Below are positions 53,881 to 64,000 of a stretch of 64,000 nt of DNA, piece by piece; position 1 is the stretch's first letter, and each line of letters begins with the position of its first letter. The translations under genes were made by a program, and so were the position numbers. The DNA comes from Pristiophorus japonicus (Eukaryota), in contig NC_091999.1 of NCBI RefSeq assembly GCF_044704955.1, forward strand, positions 16,182,001 through 16,246,000, in the 5' to 3' direction. The notes below the pieces were generated by a model that saw nothing but the letters and a program-made list of their open reading frames with translations, did no database searches and was not told the DNA's origin.

Positions 53881-54949
53881 ATTTCTGTACTTGACCATGC
53901 GTCTGTTACATCGGCAGAAGATTTAAAGTGGGATCGATAGATATTAATATAAATAAAGATGTATGTGTGTGTGGGTGTGAGGATACAATGTTTTTTGGTT
54001 TGAAGTATATGTTTAATTTTGTTAACAGCTATCAACAGCTATGTGCAATTACTAATTGGTCTGTTATTGTGTCGGTTATATTGGTGTTGAGAGGATGGGG
54101 TGAATTTTGTAAGAATCTTCCAGAACTGGGACTGGGATTGAGGGACAGGATTGAAGGTCAGCAATTCACTGCACTTTGCACTACTTAGTGGCACTATGTG
54201 TGTTAAAGGTTACTAATTCACACGTGTGTTCTCCTGTGCCAATTCCTCCCTGTTCTTTAATGTTAAGGATTGTTTTTCCTCCAGTGTTTGCAATTTAGCT
54301 GTCACGTGACCCATTGATTGCGTCAGACAGAGCTAGGACCGTGACGTCACAGCACTGTCGGATGGGCGGCCGCGTGGTCCTAACATCCACCGGAAAAAAT
54401 GTCTCATCTGGTTCAGATGAACAACTGAAAAGAGTATGTGTGTCTGTATGTGTGTGTATGTGTGTGTACAAAACACATCATTCATAATGTATGCATTCCA
54501 CAAAGATAAATGATAAGCTTCAACCATTGTTTTTCAGCATTTTATTGTATTCAAAATGCAATTGCAGGTCGTTAATACCTTTGCCATTTATTGATAACCC
54601 ACTGTCTTGTGTGCTCTTGTTTAGAAAGCGTTGTCACACTGACCATTCCTTTACCTAGGTGACCAAGTCTGTCCGCAGTATTCAGTGGGAAAGGGGATTA
54701 AATCACACCGAGGATAATGAGCAGTCTCTGCGCTTTACTGTCCTGTGATCACCTCATCAGCACACAGATGCTCCTGAGATTTACTTCCAAAGTGTAAGTG
54801 ATGGTAAAAATGAAAATGCACCTGTACCTGGCATGAGGTTAGCAAATCTGTAATTATCTAACTTATTGCTTCTCTCATTAAACCTAACCCCGTCGCAGTT
54901 TTTACTGGACAAGAGCCAGTCTTAGTTTATATGTTTGCTGTGGTCCACT

Positions 54950-56525
54950 TCCTTACCAGCAAAGTTGAAGCCAATAGAATAAAAAGGACAGTGGCAGCAT
55001 GGATATGAAATTGGTTGAGTGTCAGGAATCAAAGAGTAGATTTTTTTGGACGAGGGTAAGTTATACAGTGGTGTTCCGCAGCGACTGGTACTAGGAACTC
55101 TGCTTCTTTTGATTTATATTCATGACATGGATTTTGGTATCTGGGGTACAATTTCAAAATTTTCAGATGACTCAAAGCTTGGAAGCATAGTGAACAGTGA
55201 AGAGGATAGTGATGGCTGCAAGAGGACATAGATGTGCTGGTGGAATGGGTGGACACGTGTCAAATAAAACGGAAAACATTTTTAAGTGATACATTTTGAT
55301 AGGAAGAAGGAGAGGCAAAATAAACGGAAGAGTAGAATTCTAAAGCGCGTGATGAACAGAACGACCTGGGGATATGTGTGCACAAATTATCGAAGGTGGC
55401 AGGGCAGGTTGAGAAAGTGCTTTAAAAAGCATACGGGATCCTGGGCTTCATTAATAGAGGCATAGAATACAAAAGCAATGATCAACCTGTATAAAACACT
55501 GGTTAGTCCGCAATTCAGTATTGTGTCCAATTCTGGGCACTGCACTTTAGGAAGTATGTGAAGGCCTGAGATAGGTTGCAGAAAAGATTTACGTGTGGTT
55601 ACAGGGATAAGGTACTTCAGTTTTGTTGACAGACTGGAGAAGCTGGGGTTGTTCTTCCTAGAGCAGAGAAGGTTGAGATGAAATTTGAGAGAGTTATTCA
55701 GAATCATTAGGGGTCTAGACAGAGTAGCTGCCGAGAAACTGTTCCCATTGGCGTAAGAGTCGAGAACAGAGGACACAGATTTAAGGTGATTGGCAGGAGC
55801 ACCAAAGGCGACATGGGGAAAGAGTTTTTAAGCAGCGAGCGGTTAGGATCTGGAATGCACTGTCTGAAAGGGTGGTGGAGGCAGAGTCAATCATGGCATT
55901 ACAAATGGATTTGGATATGTAGCTGAAGGAAGAAAATTCACAGGGCTACGGGAAAGGACGTGGGAATAGACGAACTGAAATACTCTTGCAGAGAGCGGCA
56001 CGGGCTATATGGGTCCAATGGCACTTTTATGTGCTATGACCATTCTATGATTGTATAATTACACCAGAGCCTGTCTCAGTTATTAGTATACTAGACACTG
56101 TTCCTGTTTATATTGCACCATCCATTAAAAATTCACTACCTCAACCATCGGCGGACCTTGTCTGCAGTGAGTATTATCTACAAGATGCATTGCAGCAACT
56201 CGCCAAGACATCTTCGACAGCACTTTCCAAACCTATGACCTCTTCCACCTAGAAGGACAAGAGCAGCGGGCTCATGGGAACACCATCACCTCCACGTACC
56301 CCTCCAAGTCACACACCATTCTGACTTGGAAATTTATTACGGTTCCTTCATAATTGCTGGGTCAAATTCGTGGAACCCCCTCCTTAACACTGTGGGAGTA
56401 CCTTCACCACACGGACTGCAAGCGGTTCAAGGTCGCAGTTCAACACCTGATATTCAAGTCCAATTAGGGTTAGGCATTCAATGTTGGCCTTGCCAGCGAC
56501 ACCCACATGCCAGGCATGAATAAAA
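54950..56525 (+). mobile_element. Old CR1-type remnant plus second-family LINE tail (unit modules)
   Basis: SGVPQRLVLGTLL..KFSDDSKLG. Tail paralogous to 10565-10962. Confidence 0.82.
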
Positions 56526-56799
56526 CACTGTCGCTGTATCAATAATTACTGCACTATGTCCTATCTCAGTTATTATTGCACTAGAGCTATTAATATTGTA
56601 CTATGCCGTGTCTCAGATATTACTGGAATATGCCATGCCTTTGTTCCTATTACTTAGAACCATGTCTCTGCTTATAATAAACGAGACAAAGACACTGTTT
56701 TTATTACACTAGCCCCATTCTTTCATGTTAAAAAACTCGGCCATGCCTCTGTTTATATTCAATAAGATCCTGTCTCTGTTATTACTGTACTAAACTCTG

Positions 56800-57078
56800 T
56801 AACTCACAGGGCGTGTACAGCATGTGTCAGATCCAGAGTAATGCTAACGTTACACCGTTCCATCAAACACTCCCAGGGTAGGTACAGCTCGGGTTAGATA
56901 CAGAATAAAGCTCTCTGTCCCACTGTCCCATCAAACATTCCCAGGGCAGGTACGGCACGGGTTAGATACAGAGTAAAGCTCCCTCTACACCGTTCCATCA
57001 AACATTCCCAGCGCCGGTACAGCACGGGTTAGATACAGTGTAAAGATCTCTCTACTTTGTCCCATCAAAAACTCCCAG
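56800..57078. repeat. 67-bp minisatellite array
   Basis: About 4 copies. Confidence 0.88.
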
Positions 57079-57957
57079 ATCATTTCATACACATGTCACA
57101 TTTTGGATTAAAGCTACCTCTGCGCACTATCATCAACATGGTTCGAAGCATTTCAGTAGGGCTCAAGGAAAACGTTTGTTAGATATTGACATCGAGTTGT
57201 GGGGGGGAGGCCAATTATCCATTCTTGAGAGACAAGACATAAAGTGGAAACAGGGGAGGGAGAGGACACAGGAAATCTCCACTGTCACATTTGTGATGTC
57301 ACTATATATGGTGAATAGAATCTTTCCCAATTCTGACCGTGGGGATAATCTTTACTTTATTCTCCTATAATTTAGAAAAATGTACCAAAAAACAATTGTT
57401 GCTGGAATCTGTTGAGAGATTTGCATTTCTCTCTATCTTTACTTCTGTGCTGTGTTGGTGGGGAAACATTTATTGTGTTTCTGTCGCTCAATGCTCTAAT
57501 CTGGGACTTCTATTTCTGTGTTTATTTACATAAACGTCTCACTGATTCCCATGAAGTGTTCATGGCAGCAAAATCAGATCAACAGAGTCACTTATTGATT
57601 CGTTTCATCTCACAACAAGGGCTTATTTTAAGAATATTGACATTTGGTACACAGATATATACATATCTCGATCTGTGAATTTGGCTTCAGTTTTGTTCAA
57701 TTAGAGCAGATGTGTTTCATATCAAAGGGAATAAATTGCAAAATGAATAATTCAGTTCTGAAAGTTCTGCAGCTGAAATCTGTGGAACATCCCTGAACAG
57801 GCTGATATTCCACTGGATCTCCATCTATTGGAAGATTTAACCCATTGAAAATAATAAGTTAAACCAGTGACCAGAGGAGTGCCCGACAATCACAGTAATA
57901 TCTGAGCTTTTCACATATCGGAACGTCTATTTTCAAATGTTGACATTTAGAAACACC

Positions 57958-58398
57958 TTGCAGCGACTTTCCTGACCTCATGTTGTCCCAAACAGCTTTA
58001 CAGCCAATTATTTTTTCCGGAAGTGTGGTCACTGTTGTAATGTAGGAAAGGTGGCAGCCAATTTATGCACAGCAAGATCCCACAAACACCAATGAAATAA
58101 TGATCGGATAATCTATTTATCAGATGTTGGTTGAGGGATAGGTTTTTGCGCGGGAAACCGTGGAGAACTCCTCTGCTCTTTAGGATAGTACCATTAGTCC
58201 TTTATATCCAGCTGAGTGGGAAGCTGGGGCCTCAGTTTAATGCCTGCCCCAAAAGACGGCACATCTGACCATGCAGCATTCCCTCAGTACTGGCATCGGA
58301 TGTGTCAGCACAGCTTAAGGGCTCAGGTCTCTGGAGTGGGGTTTAGTATCTGTGACCTTCTGAGTCAGAGGCGAAAGTGATCCCACTGAACCGAGGCT
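57958..58398 (-). mobile_element. DeuSINE (SacSINE1-like)
   Basis: Paralogue of 12210-12645. Confidence 0.87.
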
Positions 58399-59549
58399 TG
58401 AACATATCACAGATTGTATTTTAAAATGTTGCCATTCAGCTCATCGTGTCTGAAGTTCAAGACCTGAGCCCAGTCTTACACCGCTCCATTTATTATCAGG
58501 GGCGAGTTCTCTTATCTTGCCTGGGATGTCATTCCCACACTGGGATTTCCACTGGGTCGAAATAAAAGTGTCAGCGATTCCGCAGGGTACATCTGGAAGT
58601 GCCCGAGGCAAAAGGACTCACGGAACTTGAGTTTTACAATGTGTGAGCTGCACAATCAAAGTAGCTGGAAGCTGGGAGTGTTCTCCTTAGAGCCGAGCAG
58701 GTTATGTGCCACTTAATTGAGGTGCTAAAAATTATGAAGAGTTTTGATCGGGTAAACTGGGAGATATTACATCACTCCCTCCTACCATCCCTTCCTCCAT
58801 CCACCCGTATCTCCTTCCCTCCCTCCCTTCATCCCTCCTTCCCTTCATCCCAGCATCCCCCCTCCCATCAATCGCTCCCTCCCTGGATCCACCGCTCCCT
58901 GCCTCTGTCCACACTAAACCCATTCTTCACATCAATCCTCCCTTGCTCCACTCCCCCCTTCCTCAATCCCTCCCTACATCAATCACTCCCTCCCTGCACC
59001 CATCCCTCCCTCCGTCCATTCCCACCACCCCTCCATCACTCCACCCCTACTTGCTCCACTCGTCCGTCCCTCCATCCCTCCCTCAGCCCAACAGATTCTT
59101 ATTTTTCCCTTTTGAGTGTTTCTGATTCCATCGATGAGGATTCCTCACCTGGAATTTTCTGCACCCAATTCCTTCACCGGGCTTTCATATATATTAAAAA
59201 ATAAAAGAGCGAGCGATGGCAAATATTTATATTTAACCTCCCACCACCTCCCCACCTAAAAAGACTGACAAGAAATGAAATGGTGACCTTTCCGGAGAGG
59301 GAGTTGGCTGGGGAACTGGCACCGGGTAGAAGTTCTAGCTGGGGCAGTGAGGATACCTTTTCTGCTTATAAATTAAATAAATAAGGGTAACAGTTTGAAA
59401 AATTGTTTTTAGACATCCGCGACTTTCAGCTGCTCCTTTTTCCTGCCCCTTCTCGCTATTGAAGATGGGCCAGTTCCTGCCTGGAGCTCGATGACATTGT
59501 GTGTACTGGAAGGTAGGACGCAAGCTCTCGTTACACGGACATCTTGTAG

Positions 59550-62040
59550 AATCTGGGACTGTTCTTCTTACAGCAGAGAAGGGTGAGGGGAGATTTACCA
59601 GATTGGCACCAAGGATGAAAGACAAGAACCACGAGTTCGGCCCCAGCTGGAGGATTGTGTCCAATTCTGGGCACCACACTTTAGGAAGGACGTGAAGACT
59701 TTCGGGAGGGTGCACAAGAGAATTACTGGAAATGCATCAGGGATGGGGGATTAAAATTATGTGGAAAGACTGGAGAAGCTGGGGTTGTTTTCCTTGGAGT
59801 AGAGAAGGTTAAGAGGAAATTCAGTGGAATAGCAGCGGGAATGAAGCACTTCAATTAATGTGGAGAGACAGGAATAGATGGGATTGTTCTCCTTGGAGTG
59901 GACAAGGTTAAGGGCATCTTTAATAGAATGTTACCAGGGATGAGGGCCGTCAGTTAATGTGGAGAGATAGGAAAAGATGCGATTCTCCTCCTTAGAGGAG
60001 AGAAGTCTAAGAGCAGATTTGAAAGACCAGATTAAAATCATCAAGAGTTTAGATAGAGTAAATAAATAGAAGCTTTTGCAGGTGTGAGGTGATTGACAAA
60101 AGAACCAAACGCGATATGTGGACAAACTTCTTTACGCGGCCACTGGTTAGGATTTGGAGTGCACTGCCTGATAGGGTGGTAGATATAGATTGAATAGTAG
60201 CCTTCAAAATTAAATTGTGTAAATACTTGAAGGAGATAAAAATGCAGTGATATAGCGAAAGAGCGGTTGAGTGATACTAACTGGATTGTTCTTCAAAAGA
60301 GCCGGCACAGACTCTATGGGCTGAATTGCCACCTTCTGTGCTCTACTAATCTACGAATGACCATCACAATCACTAAGGAGGTGGTACTCAGTAGGATATT
60401 GGGACTAAAGGCAGATAATTCCCCTGGACCTGATGATTTGCAGCCTAGAGGCTTAAGAAAAGTACCGGCAGGGTTTGTGGATGCATTGCTTGTAATTTAC
60501 CAAAATTGCCCGAAGTCTGAGGAGGTCCCAGCAGATTGCAAAACTGCAAATGTAACGCCACTATTTAAAAAAGGAATCAGACAAAAAACAGGAAACTATA
60601 GACCAGTTAGCCTAACATCTGTAGTTGGGAAAATGTTGGAGCTCATTATTAAAGAAGCAGTAGCAGGACATTTGGAAAAGCAAAATTCGGTCAGGCAGAG
60701 TCAGCATGGATTTATGATTGATAAATTTGCTGGAGTTCTTTGAGGATGTAACGAACAGGGAGGATAAAGCGCAACGAGTGGATGTGGTGCGTTTGGACTT
60801 CCAGAAGGCATTTGACAAGGTGCCACGTAAAAGGTTACTGCACAAGATAAAAGTTCACGGGGTTCGGGGTAATATATTAGCATGGATAGCGGATTGGCTA
60901 ACTAACAGAAAATAGAGTGTCGGGATAAATGGTTCATTCTCTGTTTGGCAACCAGTAACTAGTGTGGTGCCGCAGGGATCAGTGTACAATCTAAATAAAT
61001 GATTTGGAAGAAGGGACTGAGTGTAACGATGCCAAGTTTGTTGATGATACAAAGATGGGAGGAAAAGCAATGTGTGAGGAGGACACAAGAAATCTGCAAA
61101 AGTTCACAGACAGGCTAAGTTAGTGGTCAAAAATTTGGCAGATGGTGTATAATGTTGGAAAGTGCGAGTTCATGCACTTTGGCAGAAAAAAACAAAGAGC
61201 AAGTTATTATTTAAATGGAGAAAAATTGCAAATTGTCGCAGGACTGCGGGACCGGAGGGTACTTGTGCATGAAAGACAAAAGGATACTATGCAGGTACAG
61301 CAAGTGATCAGGAAGGCCAATAGTATCTTGGCCTTTATTGCAAAGGGGATGGAGTATAAAAGCAGGGATGGCTTTCTACAGCTATATCTATCTTAAGATT
61401 TGAACACGGATTGTTGAATTCAAAGTCCAGAGTGCTCACCATTACACCATTGAACCAACACCATAAGGTATCGGTGATGCCACACCTGGAATACTGCGTG
61501 CAGTTTTGGTTTCCATATTTAAGAAACGATTTACTTGCTTCGGAGCCCGTTCAGAAAAGGTTCACTACGTTGATTTCGGGGAAGAGGGGTTTGACTTATG
61601 AGGAAAGGTTGAGTAGGTTGGGCCTCTATTCATTGGAATTCAGAAGAATGAGAGGTGATCTTATCGAAACGTATAAGATAATCAGGGGGCTTGGCAGAGT
61701 GGATGCAGAGAGGATATTTCCATTCACAGGGCAACATAAAGCAAGGGGACATAGTCTCAGAATAAGGGGCCGCCTATTTAAAATTGAGATGAGGAGGAAT
61801 TTCTTCTCTCAGTGGGTTGTAAATCTATGAAATAGCTGTGGAGGCTAGGTTATTGAATATATTTAAGGCGGTGATAGACAGATCTTTGTGTGATCAGGGA
61901 ATAAAGGGTTAAGGGGGGCAGGCAGAGAAGTGGAGCTGAGTCAATGATCTGATCAGCCATGAGCTTATTCAATGGCGGAGCAGGCTCGAGCGGTCAGGTG
62001 GTCTCTTGCTGCTCCTATTTCTTATGTTCTTGTGTTCTTA
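59550..62040 (+). mobile_element. Old CR1 pieces followed by a CR1 RT-3' fragment (60360-62040)
   Basis: [53 protein letters not shown], with a 'ttcttatgttcttgtgttctta' tail. Confidence 0.9.
61393..61456 (-). pseudogene. tRNA-Gln(TTG) pseudogene, 3'-truncated, inserted in a CR1
   Basis: The minus strand GGTTCAATGGTGTAATGGTGAGCACTCTGGACTTTGAATTCAACAATCCGTGTTCAAATCT matches vertebrate tRNA-Gln with anticodon TTG. The 3' acceptor strand is missing. Confidence 0.88.
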
Positions 62041-62041
62041 A

Positions 62042-62300
62042 GTTTATATTACACGAGGCAATGTCTCCGTTTTTAATACACTATACCTTGTCCATGTTTA
62101 TATTACACTAGACCCTGTCTTTGTTTAAATTTCACTACATCATGTCTCTGTTTATATTACACTACGCCTTGTCTGCTTAAATTTCACTGGGCTCTGTCTC
62201 TGTTTAAATGACACTATAACCTGTCTCTGTTTATATTACACGAGGCCCTGTATCCTTTGATGTTACACTTGGCCCTGTGTCGCTTTATGTTACACTGGGC
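62042..62300. repeat. 27-bp minisatellite array
   Basis: Diverged tatattacactagaccctgtctctgtt units. Confidence 0.88.
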
Positions 62301-62494
62301 CATATATCCATTGCGCTTCACAGGAAAATGTTTGTTTGTGTGAGACGATGCTCAGTATGTCTCACTTTTGTCTCGGTCTCAGATATTTTTGGGATAAACA
62401 CCCACTCCAGGCTCTATATTTCAATTTATTGCACAACGGACCCTGTCTCAGTTATTTCGGCACTTGACCATGCGTCTGTTAGCTAGACAGAAGA

Positions 62495-62939
62495 CCATCA
62501 TTATAGGCAGTTGCTCGGAATCAAGGGAGACTTGCTTCCACTCTTAAAATCAGTTCTTAGGTGGCTGAACAGTCCAATTACAGGAATTACAGTCTCTGTC
62601 ACAGTGGGACAGATAGTCATTGAAGGAAGAGATGGGTGGGAATGGTTTGCCATGCGCTCTTTCCACTGCCTGCACTTGATTTCTGCATGCTCTCCGCGAT
62701 GAGACTCCAGTAGCTCAGCACCCTCCCGGATGCACTTTCTCCACTTAGCACGGTTTTTGGCCTGGGACTCTCAGGTGTCAGTGGGGATGTTGCACCTTAT
62801 CAGGGAGGCTTTGAGCGTGTCCTTGTAACGTCCGCGACCAGGCCAACATCCCCAACATTGAAGAACTGACCACACTTGATCAGCTCCGCTGGGCAGGCCA
62901 CATAGTTTGCATGCCAGGACACGAGAATGCCAAAGCAAC
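62495..62939 (-). mobile_element. RTE-clade LINE 3' fragment with an inverted 5' segment and TSD
   Basis: Minus 62830-62495 reads RYKDTLKASLIRCNIP..WRKCIREG..ICPT..IGLFSHLRT plus an ATG-type tail. Plus 62831-62939 reads DQANIP..DQLRWAGHIV. TSD ACAGAAGA at 62487-62494 and 62940-62947. Confidence 0.88.
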
Positions 62940-63500
62940 ACAGAAGATATATAGACGCTGGAGAGATATTAATATAAATAAAGATATACATGTGTGTGGG
63001 TAGGAGGATGCAATACTTTTTTGGTTGGAACATATGTTTCGATTCCTTAACAGCTATCAAAGGTTGTGTGCAATGTCTAATTGATCTGGTGTCATGTCGT
63101 TAATATTTGTGCTGAAAGGATGGAGTGAATCTTGTAACAATCTCCCAGAGATGGACTGGTATTGAGGGACAAGACTGAATGTGGGCAATAGTGCACTGCA
63201 CTTTGCACTACTTAGTGGCACACTGTGTGTTAAAGGTTACTAATTAACACTTGTGGTGTGCTGTGCCAATTTCTCTCAGTTAATTAATGATAAGAATTGT
63301 TTTTCCTGCAATATTTTCTCTGGAGCTGTCACGTGACCCACTGGTTGTGTCAGATGGAGCCTGGAACCGTGACCTCACAGCACCACTGGATGGGCGGCCT
63401 CAGGGTCCTAATGTCTTCAAAAACTGTATCGCTCATTTGGTTAAGATGAACAACTGAAAATAGCACACACAAAGTGTTCGCTATATGTGTCTGTGTGTGT

Positions 63501-64000
63501 GTACCTTTTCAGAGAGGCGTTGAGGGTGTCCTTGTAACGCTTCCAGTGCCCACCTTTCGCTCGTTTGACGTGAGTTCCGAGCAGAGTGCATGCTTTGGGA
63601 GTCTAGTGTCTGGCATGCGAACAGTGTGGCCTGCCCAGCGGAGCTGATCAAGTGTGGTCAGTGCTGCAATGATGGGGATGTTGGCCTGGTCGAGGACGCT
63701 AACGTTGGTGCGTCTGTCCTCCTAAGAGATTTTCAGGATCTTGCGGAAACATCGTTGGTGGTATTTCTCCAGCGGCTTGAGGGTTCTACTCGACATGGTC
63801 CATGTCTCTGAGGCATACAGCAGGGCCAAAGACAAAAGACTGCCCTATGTGGAGGAAGTGCATGCGGGAATGTGCCGAGCACCTCGAGTCTTATCGCTGA
63901 GAGCATGCAGAAAGCAAGCACAGGCAGCGGAAAGAACGTGCGGCAAACCTGTCCCACACCACGTCGCCCCTTTCCCTCAACGGCTCTCTGTCCCACCAGT
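63501..64000 (+). mobile_element. Second RTE-clade LINE with an inverted 5' segment, runs off the right edge
   Basis: Minus 63825-63501 reads LLYASETWT..HQRCFRKIL..QLRWAGHTVRMPDTRLPK..KRYKDTLNASL. Plus from ~63825 reads WRKCMRECAEHLE..RQRKERAAN..LCPT. Confidence 0.86.

Larger units (their letters stand above)
1..64000. repeat. Degenerate tandem macro-array (segmental duplication), 7 copies of a composite unit
   Basis: Landmarks recur in the same order. SINE head 'cccactgagcc' is at ~1930/6546/12640/22800/34080/48318/58393. 'gtgaatcttgtaacaatct' or variants are at ~2960/7577/18758/29738/43812/54100/63126. 'ctgttgagagatttgc' or variants are at ~11676/21808/33101/47331/57409. Confidence 0.93.

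Noticed and set aside
53990-54160. Signal-peptide or interferon-like reading (WSVIVSVILVLRGWGEFCKNLP)
   Set aside because: Other copies have in-frame stops, this copy has no ATG and a mutated donor, and no downstream helical-cytokine exons are visible.
58704-59204. Pro/Ser/His-rich ORFs (also 2296, 12951, 23113, 34448)
   Set aside because: They are translations of a LINE scrap plus the CCCT low-complexity tract.

Overview
Vertebrate, most likely elasmobranch (shark/ray), genomic DNA. The assignment rests on shark-type CR1 LINEs and SacSINE1-like DeuSINEs. I can support no intact host protein-coding gene. Almost the whole window is one degenerate tandem macro-array. Seven copies of a composite unit are marked by the SINE head at about 1930, 6546, 12640, 22800, 34080, 48318 and 58393. 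Full units are about 10-14 kb, and there are two near-identical ~4.6-kb deleted derivatives at the left. Each full unit carries the same ordered modules: antisense DeuSINE; a TATA/kB-like block; a C-rich tract; a CpG-rich block; CR1 remnants; a 27-bp minisatellite; a conserved exon/intron-like block; (TG)n; older CR1 remnants; a 67-bp minisatellite; and an AT-rich unique block. Copy-specific insertions include young CR1s, a 3148-bp hAT (Charlie/Buster) transposon with TIRs, TSD and visible empty sites, a 3'-truncated tRNA-Gln(TTG) copy, and two RTE LINEs with twin-priming-type 5' inversions. The unique part of the unit carries promoter and splice signals suggesting an amplified spliced non-coding or pseudogenised transcription unit, but this is inference only. 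Most boundaries are approximate and were read by eye.
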